This document shows, one piece after another, positions 9,123 to 21,370 of a stretch of DNA of 64,000 nt. The notes below the pieces were generated by a model. That model saw only the letters and a list, made by a program, of their open reading frames with translations. It was not told the origin of the DNA and ran no database searches. Each line of letters starts with the position of its first letter. Position 1 is the stretch's first letter. Origin of the DNA: Oceanispirochaeta sp. (GTDB lineage: Bacteria; Spirochaetota; Spirochaetia; DSM-2461); the NCBI GenBank assembly GCA_963663385.2, contig CAXXXD010000003.1:416001-480000 (forward strand). The letters are read 5' to 3'. Both the position numbers and the translations under genes were made by a program.

Positions 9123-9898
9123 GTGTACTGCGGGCAGAGAGCCTTGGCTTCTCCTACTATCCCGCCGGGAACAGAAAACTGGAAATATTCAGTAACCTGA
9201 ACCTTCAGATACGGGAGGGGGAAATCTTCTGTATTCTGGGGCCCTCCGGCTGCGGCAAGAGTACTCTGCTTAAAATCCTGGCGGGGTTTCTGCCTCCCGG
9301 TCGGGGAGAGGTCCTTTATCGGGATCATCCTGTCCGCGCTCCCTTTATCAAGGGGCAGATGGTTTTTCAGGATACGGCCCAGCTGCTCCCCTGGCTTACG
9401 GTTAAAGAGAATATTTTCTTTCCCCTTAAAAGAAAGAGATGGGGTATCTTTCCATCCGCGGGAAACCGATCCGTATCCGATCTTCCGGATGAGTTACTGA
9501 AACTGACAGGGCTGTCAGACTTTCAGAATTTCTATCCCGCGCAGCTTTCGGGGGGGATGAAACAGCGTTGTGCCCTGGCAAGAGCTCTTTTTGCCGGGCC
9601 TGATCTGTTATTTATGGATGAACCATTTGTCAGTCTGGATGCTCCCTCCAGGAGCGCTCTTCAGAAGGTTGTTCTGGAACTCTGGACGACCGGAGGAAAA
9701 ACCATCCTCTTTGTCACCCATGATATTCCCGAAGCATTGCTTCTGTCGGACCGTCTGATGGTGATAACAGAGATGAACAGAGAACCCAGGATCCTGGACA
9801 ACCCGCTTCCCCGTCCACGTCGCAGGATGGATGAAGAGTTCCTTAGGGAAGAGAACAGGATGTACTCCTATCTGGAGTCTTCCGGGATGACTTTGTAA
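9119..9898 (+). CDS. NitT/TauT-family ABC transporter ATP-binding protein
   Basis: GPSGCGKST, LSGGMKQR, MDEPF, VTHD. Confidence 0.9.
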   Translation: MSVLRAESLGFSYYPAGNRKLEIFSNLNLQIREGEIFCILGPSGCGKSTLLKILAGFLPPGRGEVLYRDHPVRAPFIKGQMVFQDTAQLLPWLTVKENIFFPLKRKRWGIFPSAGNRSVSDLPDELLKLTGLSDFQNFYPAQLSGGMKQRCALARALFAGPDLLFMDEPFVSLDAPSRSALQKVVLELWTTGGKTILFVTHDIPEALLLSDRLMVITEMNREPRILDNPLPRPRRRMDEEFLREENRMYSYLESSGMTL

Positions 9899-11451
9899 AT
9901 TTTAACCGGCCACTCCCTGCTGTTCCGGAAAGAGGCGATCCTTATGCCGTAGCCGGGACTGGGGAACTCGGCTTCCAGACGGCACTCTTCCTCAAGGAAC
10001 TGTTCCAGTTGAGGGTACCAGTGGGCAGGGTTTCCGTATAGAACATTCCATACAGGGCGGCTGCGGTAAATATAGAGAATTTCAGCAGGTACGACAATCC
10101 GGTTGATTCCTCTGGATCGGATATAGCCGGACAGGGGAGAATCCCCGTCAGTATCCCCTTTGTCCGGCAGATTCTCCAGGTTCCTCCAATGATACAGATT
10201 TCCGTTTTCAAGATAATACTCCAGAGTCAGATTTCCCAGGCAGACACTATCCGGCGGAAGGGTTTCTGAAATCTGACTGATATAGTCGGCATAATTTTCG
10301 TTACTCCGATTAAGCTCCTTCCTGAGTTCCATTGAAGTAAAAAGGATCGTTACTCCTGTCAGCAGGATAGGAAGCAGGCGGGTCAGTGGGCCCGACAGGA
10401 ATTTCAATCTGACAATTCCCGCAGCCGCAGCCCCGTAATAGAAGGGGAAGAGAAAGATGATGGAAGGCTGACTGTATTTCCCCAGGATCATCAGCCCGAT
10501 GTTGATTCCGATCAGACCGCAGAAAATAAGGGTCCTTTGAGAGCGGCCGGGAAGCAGCAGCATAAGGAGAAAGAAGGGCAGGCTGATATACTGCCAGCGT
10601 ATGTCGGGCAGATAGTAGGTTCCGCCTTTCTGGGTAAACAGTTTCTGATGAAATCCGGGCCACCTGAGAAGTTTTATATCAGGAGTCTCTGTTACGCCGA
10701 GGGAGCTGCCGTATGTCAGATAATCCCGGATGAAATGGGAGTTGAAACAAAAGCTCAGCCAGAGGAAAAAGGCAGCTGCTCCTGCCGCAATTATCAGGAA
10801 AACAGCTCCGCAGGCTGCAGATCTTCTCCTTCTGATTATTTCAGTCAGCAGATAAAGCCCCGCTGGCCAGGCAACCAGAAAAGCATTGGGATGGAACCCT
10901 ATGGCTATCCCTGTCAGCAGAGCCGAAACAGCTGCAGGTAAATATCCTTTTCCTTTCTGCAGTACCACACAGCTTAGAATCATCAGAAGCAACAGGAATA
11001 TCTCCTGTCGCGCCGTATGGGAAGCATAGATAAATTGAATATCCAGTGAGAACCATATGGTCATAACAAGAGAAAACCATTCTGATTTTTCCGAACCTGT
11101 CAGATTCCTGAAAAAGGAATTGATCCCTATCAGGCAGAGAAATCCTCCTGTGAGTGAGAAGAATCTTACTGAGTAAAGAGAGTAGCCCAGTATTTTTATA
11201 AAGACAATCTGACCCAGATGAAAGAGTATTTTTATGGCATGAGGATGCCTCTTGTGAAGATCGTAGAAGGGTTCGGTTACATCCAGTCTCCCTTCAGACA
11301 TGATCTGACGGCTTAACCCGCTTAACCAGGGTTCGTCACTGTGCATAAAGGGGTAGTCTGCTAGTATAAGGAGATTGAGCATAAACCAGACAAAACAGTA
11401 GAGGAGCAGAAGGAGTCCGGGTGTAAGGAGTCTTCTTTTAACAGCGATCAT
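9868..11451 (-). CDS. ArnT/PMT-like GT-C glycosyltransferase
   Basis: Multi-TM; HSDEPW motif after TM1, GYSLYSVRFFS, SHTARQE, HPN; soluble C-terminal domain. Confidence 0.75.
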   Translation of the reverse strand: MIAVKRRLLTPGLLLLLYCFVWFMLNLLILADYPFMHSDEPWLSGLSRQIMSEGRLDVTEPFYDLHKRHPHAIKILFHLGQIVFIKILGYSLYSVRFFSLTGGFLCLIGINSFFRNLTGSEKSEWFSLVMTIWFSLDIQFIYASHTARQEIFLLLLMILSCVVLQKGKGYLPAAVSALLTGIAIGFHPNAFLVAWPAGLYLLTEIIRRRRSAACGAVFLIIAAGAAAFFLWLSFCFNSHFIRDYLTYGSSLGVTETPDIKLLRWPGFHQKLFTQKGGTYYLPDIRWQYISLPFFLLMLLLPGRSQRTLIFCGLIGINIGLMILGKYSQPSIIFLFPFYYGAAAAGIVRLKFLSGPLTRLLPILLTGVTILFTSMELRKELNRSNENYADYISQISETLPPDSVCLGNLTLEYYLENGNLYHWRNLENLPDKGDTDGDSPLSGYIRSRGINRIVVPAEILYIYRSRPVWNVLYGNPAHWYPQLEQFLEEECRLEAEFPSPGYGIRIASFRNSREWPVKIYKVIPEDSR

Positions 11452-11478
11452 TTAATATCCCATTTTGGCAGGAAAATG

Positions 11479-11523
11479 AAAAATCCCCCGGAGAAAACAG
11501 GAAATGTTTCTGCCGGGGGATTA
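11479..11523 (-). terminator. Intrinsic terminator after the rhodanese gene
   Basis: AAATCCCCCGG...CCGGGGGATTT stem. Confidence 0.65.
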
Positions 11524-11544
11524 CTGCAATTGAATTAATATATC

Positions 11545-12471
11545 TTACTGAACAGTGGGGAGACCTTCGTTGCTCCAGCCGGTAGCGCCTGTTCCAGTGG
11601 TTCCGAAACCACTCTTTACGGAGGCGGCATCAATTCCCAGCAGTCTCATGATACCAACAGTCTGACCGGCTGTCTGACCGGAGTAGCAGTATACAAATAC
11701 TTTTTCGTCCCGGGGCAGATCGGCAAAAGCTTCCTGCATATTGTTACCGAAGGGGATATTGATAGCACTTTCGATATGACCTTTTGCATAGTCTTCGGAG
11801 GATCTCACAGAGACTATTGTCATCTCTTCATCCGCATCCAGTTTCTCTTTCAGTTTGGCAGCAGCAATAAGGTTGCTGGGTGTTTCGGGATCGGATTTCA
11901 GGTTATTAAAGTAGTTTTCAGCAGCTGCCCTGATTTCCGCATCAATTTTAACACCCGATGCTTCGGGGGCCAGATTCTCTTCTGTTTCCACGTAATTTTC
12001 ATAACCTTCGGTTTTGGCAATACCCAGTTTCCATCCGTATTTAATGGATGTGGCATCAAAACCGGCTACATTAAGCACGGCTATAGTCTGACCGGCTGTC
12101 TGGCCGGAATAGCAGTTTACATAGACAGGTTCATCATCGGGAAGCCAGTTCAGGGCATCTGCCAGAGCAGGAGTTCCCCAGGCCGCATTAACCGCACCCT
12201 TAAGGTGACCGGCTGCATAATCGTCTGCACTTCTGATATCCAGAATAAAGGGTTCGGAACCGCCGTCAATCAGCTCGAAAATCTTGGAAGCAGGTACAAT
12301 CCGGGATCCGGGATATTCACCGAAGTAGGCGTTGGCAGCTTCTTCAAGGGGGCTGACAGTTACAACAGTTTTGACAGTTTCTTTGGTTTCTGTTGTTTTA
12401 ACAGGAGCCTCGGTTTTCTGACATCCCGCAAAAAGAGCCACTACCATAAACAATGCTAGAAATCTTTTCAT
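11545..12471 (-). CDS. Tandem rhodanese-domain lipoprotein
   Basis: LFAGC lipobox; two domains, each with GH(L/I)xxA(V/I)N and CYSGQTAGQT. Confidence 0.85.
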   Translation of the reverse strand: MKRFLALFMVVALFAGCQKTEAPVKTTETKETVKTVVTVSPLEEAANAYFGEYPGSRIVPASKIFELIDGGSEPFILDIRSADDYAAGHLKGAVNAAWGTPALADALNWLPDDEPVYVNCYSGQTAGQTIAVLNVAGFDATSIKYGWKLGIAKTEGYENYVETEENLAPEASGVKIDAEIRAAAENYFNNLKSDPETPSNLIAAAKLKEKLDADEEMTIVSVRSSEDYAKGHIESAINIPFGNNMQEAFADLPRDEKVFVYCYSGQTAGQTVGIMRLLGIDAASVKSGFGTTGTGATGWSNEGLPTVQ

Positions 12472-12858
12472 TTCATTTTCTCCTTATGTTCGGGGAATTG
12501 AACTCTCCCGATACTTGACTCAGTCTCAAATTTTAATAGGAACCAAGTCATATTTCACATAAATCATACGGTAAAAAACTATAAATATTTTTTTACCTAT
12601 TTCCTTTTTAAACCTTAATCTTCAAATACATGCTATGTCAACTAAAATTGTGTAAATTTAGCAATACAGTATCGGGTGTTTACATGTCTTAAATATATTG
12701 AAAAATATATATTAAAATATAATATTGTTTTGTAAGGAAATATTTTTAAGGATAATTATTGCTTTGATAGTCATGTAAATAGTATAAGTGTACGAATAGT
12801 CTTTTAATAGGTCTGGTTTTCCGGATTTTATTTTGTGTTTTTCTTGTGTGAATACAAT

Positions 12859-12896
12859 AAAAAGCTGCTGATCCCAAGGGGAAGCAGCAGCTTTTT
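12859..12896. terminator. Intrinsic (bidirectional-type) terminator after lacZ
   Basis: AAAAAGCTGCTG...CAGCAGCTTTTT. Confidence 0.7.
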
Positions 12897-12919
12897 CTGC
12901 CTTTCGCTACACTGAAAAA

Positions 12920-16093
<3,174 letters not shown>

Positions 16094-16166
16094 TTATTCT
16101 ATAACCCATATATACCATGGGAAAGTACTTTTCAAAATGAGTGTTCTGGTATATATCATATGTTAA

Positions 16167-17042
16167 ATGGTATATCCTGGCATTGATAAAATCAAGGAAC
16201 AGCTCATTTTTCGCTCACTGGGAGGGCTGGAATCCCGTCAGCGCGTGGGCTGCGGATTCATGCATAAGGATGGGATACGTATTGATGAAAAAGATACCCG
16301 TCTATCCACTTATGCTCTGGTTTATGTTATCCGGGGAGAGGGTGAATATGTGGATGAGGATGGAAACCGGTATCCTCTGAAAGCGGGAAGCCTTTTTCAG
16401 CGGATACCTGAGCGAAATCATTCAACGATTCTTGACCCCGGCAGTCGGTGGGCGGAATGTTTCATTGATCTGGGAGCAGAGCTCTACAGAGCTCTTGTGG
16501 CCATGCGTATTGTGGAACCTGATAAGTATGTTTACTGGCTTCCTCCGGATAAGGGGCTTGAAAAAGAGTTCTATCATTATAAAAGATCTCTCGAAACCGT
16601 AAAGGAGAGGGAACTTTCCCTTTTCGGTCTGGAAATGCTTCAGTTCTGCGCTTCAATCCTTCAACGGGCCAAATCGGAGGCCGGAGACCCTCTCTGGATT
16701 ATGGTGGAAAAGAGCTGCCGGGATTTATCGGGGCGTTGTGCAGAACGGTTTGATCTGAAGGAATACTGCCGTGAGAACGGCTGGGGGTACGAGTCCTTCC
16801 GGAAAGCCTTTGTCAGAAGGATGGGGATCTCCCCCGGTCAGTATCTGATACAGAGGCGGATGGATGAAGCCTGCCGGCTGCTCCGGACAGGAAGGCTTAC
16901 TGTTAAAGAGATAGCTTTGCAGCTTGGCTACCACAGTCCCTATGAGTTTTCGGCTCAATTCCGCCGGATTACCGGATGGTCTCCCAGTGCTTATAAAGGT
17001 GCGGGGCAGACAAAACCGGGTCCGGATACCCCTTTCGGATAA
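16167..17042 (+). CDS. AraC-family transcriptional regulator
   Basis: C-terminal GISPGQY...LTVKEIALQLGY...FSAQFRRITGWSP; divergent from lacZ. Confidence 0.9.
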   Translation: MVYPGIDKIKEQLIFRSLGGLESRQRVGCGFMHKDGIRIDEKDTRLSTYALVYVIRGEGEYVDEDGNRYPLKAGSLFQRIPERNHSTILDPGSRWAECFIDLGAELYRALVAMRIVEPDKYVYWLPPDKGLEKEFYHYKRSLETVKERELSLFGLEMLQFCASILQRAKSEAGDPLWIMVEKSCRDLSGRCAERFDLKEYCRENGWGYESFRKAFVRRMGISPGQYLIQRRMDEACRLLRTGRLTVKEIALQLGYHSPYEFSAQFRRITGWSPSAYKGAGQTKPGPDTPFG

Positions 17043-17067
17043 ATAGTAAAAAAGATAAAAATTTCCC

Positions 17068-17114
17068 TTTACAAATTAACGATGTCCTATTATCATACAA
17101 TACGACAATAAGAA
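17068..17114 (+). promoter_or_regulatory. Sigma70 promoter with overlapping FadR/GntR-type operator for the transaldolase operon
   Basis: TTTACA-17-TATCAT; TATTATCATACAATA at 17088-17102 recurs upstream of gntR and, in variant form, upstream of iolB. Confidence 0.65.
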
Positions 17115-17159
17115 AATATTACTGTACTTAATGATAGAAAATTCTAAGGAGATTAAGAA

Positions 17160-18236
17160 ATGAGTTTATCAAGCCCACTGAAAAAATCAGTTGATTTATG
17201 CAAAATGGAAGTATGGAACGATTCCTGTTCAGTTGAAGAATTGAACTATGCTATAAGCCACGGCGCTTCCGGTGCGACAACCAACCCCGTAATCGTACTG
17301 AATGTACTAAAACAGGAAATGCACCTCTGGAAAGACAGAATCCTTGAAATCATTAAAGAGATGCCTACCGCATCAGAAGTTGAAATCTCCTGGAAACTTA
17401 TTGAGGAAATGGCAGTTAAAGGCGCTTCCATCCTTAAACCTGTTTTTGATGAAACCAATGGCAAGAAGGGCCGGATCTCCATCCAGACAAATGCTCAGCT
17501 CTACCGCAATGCGGAGGCCATGACAGCTCAGGCTGTAGAATTCAACAAACTGGCCGAGAACATGATGGTTAAGATGCCAACTACCGAAGCGGGTATCAAA
17601 GCTTTCGAAGAAGCAACCTATCATGGCGTTAATATCAATGCTACCGTAAGTTTTACTGTTCCCCAGGCTGTTCAGGTAGCCGAAGCTGTAGAAAGAGGTC
17701 TTAAAAGAAGAGAAGCCGAGGGGAAAGATGTTTCCAATATGACGCCTGTCTGTACAATCATGGTTGGTCGTCTGGATGACTGGCTGAAAGTTGTTGCTGC
17801 CAGGGAAAAAATTGCCGTAACCCCCGGAGTCCTTGACTGGGCCGGTGTGGCAGCTTTCAAGAATGCCTACAGAATTTTCAAAGAGAAAGGCTACAGAACA
17901 AGACTTCTCTCTGCTGCTTACAGAAGTCATCTGCACTGGTCTCAGCTGATTGGTGACGATATTGTTCAGACTATCCCCAGCAAGTGGCAGAAACTGTACA
18001 ACGAAAGTGGTATCGAGCCGGAAGTAACAATTGACAAGCCTGTTGATCCTGCCATTATGGATGAGCTGACAAGACTTTTCCCGGACTTCGTAAGAGCTTA
18101 CGAACCAGATGGTATGACTCCTGCCGAGTTTGATTCCTATGGAGCCACTGCCAGAACCCTCCGTGGATTCCTGGCCGGTTATGCCGAGCTGCTCAGTGTT
18201 GTACGGGATCTGATGGTTCCCAATCCCGACGCATAA
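17160..18236 (+). CDS. Transaldolase-family protein (non-canonical active site)
   Basis: WNDS, GATTNP, GRISIQ, VKMP (Schiff-base Lys), NATVSF, MVGRLDD. Confidence 0.85.
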   Translation: MSLSSPLKKSVDLCKMEVWNDSCSVEELNYAISHGASGATTNPVIVLNVLKQEMHLWKDRILEIIKEMPTASEVEISWKLIEEMAVKGASILKPVFDETNGKKGRISIQTNAQLYRNAEAMTAQAVEFNKLAENMMVKMPTTEAGIKAFEEATYHGVNINATVSFTVPQAVQVAEAVERGLKRREAEGKDVSNMTPVCTIMVGRLDDWLKVVAAREKIAVTPGVLDWAGVAAFKNAYRIFKEKGYRTRLLSAAYRSHLHWSQLIGDDIVQTIPSKWQKLYNESGIEPEVTIDKPVDPAIMDELTRLFPDFVRAYEPDGMTPAEFDSYGATARTLRGFLAGYAELLSVVRDLMVPNPDA

Positions 18237-18257
18237 GCTGAAAGGGTGTATAACCGG

Positions 18258-18289
18258 AAAGGGCGTTTTATGGTAAAGGCGCCCTTTTA
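18258..18289 (+). terminator. Hairpin/terminator between transaldolase and aldehyde dehydrogenase genes
   Basis: AAAGGGCG...CGCCCTTTT. Confidence 0.5.
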
Positions 18290-18349
18290 TCAATCAGGGT
18301 GTAAGTCTACCCTTGAGAAGAGGCTTGAAAAGTAAATTGAGGAGTTAAA

Positions 18350-19729
18350 ATGTCTGACTATATTACCGGATTGATAAGCCGGGCCCGCAAGGCCCAGGCG
18401 GAAATAGAATTCCTGTCCCAGGAAAAAGTGGATGAGATCTGCGAAAGCATCGCCTGGGCTGCCATTCAGGAACCCTTTGTCACAGAACTGTGCAAACTGG
18501 CCGTGGAAGAAACCCGTATGGGCGACTTCCAGAGCAAATACGGAAAAATGATGAACAAGACCCGCGGTGGCTGGTTCGATATGAAAGGCCAGAAGTCCGC
18601 TGGTGTTATCGAAGAAGACGAAGCGCTGGGACTGATCAAAATCGCCAAGCCCGTAGGTGTTATCGGGGCCATGGTTCCGTGTACCAACTGCGAGGCCACT
18701 CAGGTTCTTAAATCCATGAGCGCCATCAAGGGCCGGAATGCCATTATCCTGGCCCCCCATCCCCGTGCCATCAAAACCAATAAAATGGTGATCGATATGA
18801 TGCGCGGCATTCTGAAAGGGCTTGGGTACCCCGAAGACCTGATCATCCATATGGATGAGGTTACCATGGACAACTCACAGGAGCTGATGAAACAGTGCGA
18901 CCTGATCCTGGCAACAGGAGGCGGCGGTCTTGTGAAAGCGGCTTACTCCAGCGGAACCCCCGCCTACGGAGTTGGAGCAGGTAATGCGGTAACTATTGTA
19001 GACGATACGCAGGACCCCAAGGTTGTGGCAGACAAAATCAAACGGTCCAAAACCTTCGATCTGGCCACCAGCTGTTCCGCCGAGAACTCCTGCCTGTTTC
19101 AGAAAGAGATTTATGAAGACATGTGCGCCGCACTGGAAGCCGAAGGGGGTTACAGGGTTAAGGCGGATGAAAAGGATAAACTCCAGAAAGCCATGTGGCC
19201 CGACGGACATACCCTGAACCGGGACATCGTGGCCCAGCCTGCCGAAAAGATTGCCTCCATTGCCGGAATCGATCTGCCCGAAGGAAAGTGTTTTCTCTTT
19301 GTGGAAGAAACGGGAATCGGCGCGGACTATCCTTTCTCGGGAGAGAAACTGTCTGTTGTCACCACCCTGTACAAATGGGACACCTTCGATCAGGCCGTTC
19401 AGATGGTAAATGATATCACCAACTACTCCGGAGCAGGCCACTCCTGCGGTATTCATACAACAAAGAAAGAGAGAATCCTCCAGCTTTCGGAGAGGGTTCA
19501 TGTATCACGGGTTATGGTTAACCAGCCCCAGTGTCTGGCCAACAGCGGTTCCTGGACCAATGCCATGCCCACCACCCTGACTCTGGGATGCGGTTCCTGG
19601 GGAGGAAATATTGCCAGTGAGAACATCACCTGGAAGCATTTGATCAACACAACCTGGGTTTCTTCTCCCATCGCCAACCGACAGCCTTCGGATGAGGAGT
19701 TATTCAGTGAAAGCGTTAGAAAAGGCTAA
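18350..19729 (+). CDS. CoA-acylating aldehyde dehydrogenase (SauS/AdhE-N/EutE-like)
   Basis: KPVGVIGA, ATGGGGLVKAAYSSGTPAYGVGAGN, SKTFDLATSCSAENS, EKLS, GHSCGIH, LTLGCGSWGGN. Confidence 0.85.
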   Translation: MSDYITGLISRARKAQAEIEFLSQEKVDEICESIAWAAIQEPFVTELCKLAVEETRMGDFQSKYGKMMNKTRGGWFDMKGQKSAGVIEEDEALGLIKIAKPVGVIGAMVPCTNCEATQVLKSMSAIKGRNAIILAPHPRAIKTNKMVIDMMRGILKGLGYPEDLIIHMDEVTMDNSQELMKQCDLILATGGGGLVKAAYSSGTPAYGVGAGNAVTIVDDTQDPKVVADKIKRSKTFDLATSCSAENSCLFQKEIYEDMCAALEAEGGYRVKADEKDKLQKAMWPDGHTLNRDIVAQPAEKIASIAGIDLPEGKCFLFVEETGIGADYPFSGEKLSVVTTLYKWDTFDQAVQMVNDITNYSGAGHSCGIHTTKKERILQLSERVHVSRVMVNQPQCLANSGSWTNAMPTTLTLGCGSWGGNIASENITWKHLINTTWVSSPIANRQPSDEELFSESVRKG

Positions 19730-19730
19730 T

Positions 19731-21341
19731 ATGAAAAAACGTTCCAGAGGCGGGGACTCAGTCCCGGAAGAAGAGAAAAGGGAAATCCCCAAAGCTCACA
19801 GGGAAGCGGTCTCCCATCTGGACAGGAGAAAAGCCACCATGCTGGCCGGCGGAGGCGAGTCCCGCCAGGCTCAGCAGAGGGCCAAGGGCAAGAAGACGGC
19901 CCGGGAGAGAATCCATTTTCTTACCGATGAAGGCAGTTTTGTTGAAAACCAGCCCTACATTACCACCCGGAGCGATGACTTCGGCATGGATAAGAAGAAG
20001 TTTGCCGGAGACGGTGTTATTGCCGGAAGCGCTCTTCTGGACGGTCGTCAGATCTGGCTGACCTCCCAGGACTTCACCGTACTGGGCGGGTCACTGGGCG
20101 AGCAGCATGCCGCCAAGATCGCCGGGGCGCAGATGAATGCCCTGAAAACAGGCAAGCCCTTTGTGCAGATCAACGATTCCGGCGGAGCCCGCATTCAGGA
20201 AGGGGTCATGTCCCTTGAAGGGTACGGCAGTATCTTCCGGGCCAACACGCTGGCCTCGGGTGTGATTCCCCAGATCTCCCTGATTATGGGTCCCTGTGCG
20301 GGAGGAGCCGCGTACTCGCCGGCTTTGACTGACTTTGTTTTTATGGTCGACAAGACCAGCCAGATGTATATAACCGGTCCCGACGTGATCAAAGCTGTGA
20401 CCGGAGAGAATGTGACCGGCGAAGGTCTGGGCGGGGCAGTAGCCCATAACAGCAAAAGCGGTAATGCCCATTTCCGCTGCGCCTCCGAAGAAGAGTGCCT
20501 GACCACTCTTAAAAGGCTGCTGTCCTACCTGCCTTCCTCCAACAGGGAAGCGCCTCCGCGGATTGAGTGTACGGACGATCCGAACAGGGATACGGGAGAG
20601 ATCCTCCATATCCTTCCGGATAAGGCGAACAAGCCCTATGATATAAGGGAAGTGATTGATCTGATCTTTGATCAGGAGAGCTTTCTGGAGGTGCATAAAG
20701 AGTTTGCCACCAGCATGGTCGTAGGATTTGCCCGCCTGGCCGGCCGGACGGTCGGTGTATACGGTAATCAGCCCAGGGTGTTTGCGGGATCCCTGGATAA
20801 GGACTCCTCGGACAAGGCGGCCCGGTTTATCCGCTTCTGCGATGCCTTCGGTATCCCCGTGATTTCCCTGGTGGATGTTCCGGGGTATATGCCGGGTACG
20901 GTTCAGGAATTCGGCGGTATTATCCGCCACGGAGCCAAGCTGCTGTACGCGGTCGCCGAGGCTACGGTTCCTAAAATTGCCCTTGTCCTGCGGAAAGCCT
21001 ACGGCGGCGCCTATATCGGTATGGCCTCAAAGGCTCTTGGTTATGACAGGGTGCTGGCCCTTCCCACGGCGGAGATTGCCGTAATGGGAGCTGCCGGTGC
21101 GGCGAATATTATTTTCCGGAACGATATCAACGCCGCCAGGGACCCCGATCTTATCCGTGAGATCAAGATCCACGAGTACCAGGAGAAGTTTATGAACCCC
21201 TTTGCGGCGGCTTCCCAGGGTATTGTGGACGATGTTATCGCACCGGAAGCCATCCGGAAGGAACTGATCCGGTCTGTAGAGATGATGGCGGATAAGATGG
21301 AAGATCTGCCTAGAAAGAAACACGGGAATATTCCCCTTTAG
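19731..21341 (+). CDS. Acyl-CoA carboxylase/decarboxylase carboxyltransferase subunit (PccB/MmdA-like)
   Basis: GDGVIAG, DFTVLGGSLGE, DSGGARIQEG, GPCAGGAAYSPA, DVPGY, RKAYGGAY, KKHGNIPL. Confidence 0.9.
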   Translation: MKKRSRGGDSVPEEEKREIPKAHREAVSHLDRRKATMLAGGGESRQAQQRAKGKKTARERIHFLTDEGSFVENQPYITTRSDDFGMDKKKFAGDGVIAGSALLDGRQIWLTSQDFTVLGGSLGEQHAAKIAGAQMNALKTGKPFVQINDSGGARIQEGVMSLEGYGSIFRANTLASGVIPQISLIMGPCAGGAAYSPALTDFVFMVDKTSQMYITGPDVIKAVTGENVTGEGLGGAVAHNSKSGNAHFRCASEEECLTTLKRLLSYLPSSNREAPPRIECTDDPNRDTGEILHILPDKANKPYDIREVIDLIFDQESFLEVHKEFATSMVVGFARLAGRTVGVYGNQPRVFAGSLDKDSSDKAARFIRFCDAFGIPVISLVDVPGYMPGTVQEFGGIIRHGAKLLYAVAEATVPKIALVLRKAYGGAYIGMASKALGYDRVLALPTAEIAVMGAAGAANIIFRNDINAARDPDLIREIKIHEYQEKFMNPFAAASQGIVDDVIAPEAIRKELIRSVEMMADKMEDLPRKKHGNIPL

Positions 21342-21370
21342 TGTTTGACTTATGATAAGGAAGAGGTCGC

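Noticed and set aside
17373..18293. 306-aa antisense ORF (likewise 22866-23918, 31054-31983, 20091-20930, 52341-53186)
   Set aside because: Mirror frames of well-supported genes on the opposite strand; no independent domain signal
17160..19729. Transaldolase + SauS-like ALDH as a sulfoquinovose (sulfo-TAL/TK) pathway
   Set aside because: No sulfoquinovosidase, SQ isomerase or sulfonate exporter in the window; the coupled carboxyltransferase and the motif shared with iolB fit a carboxylate substrate better
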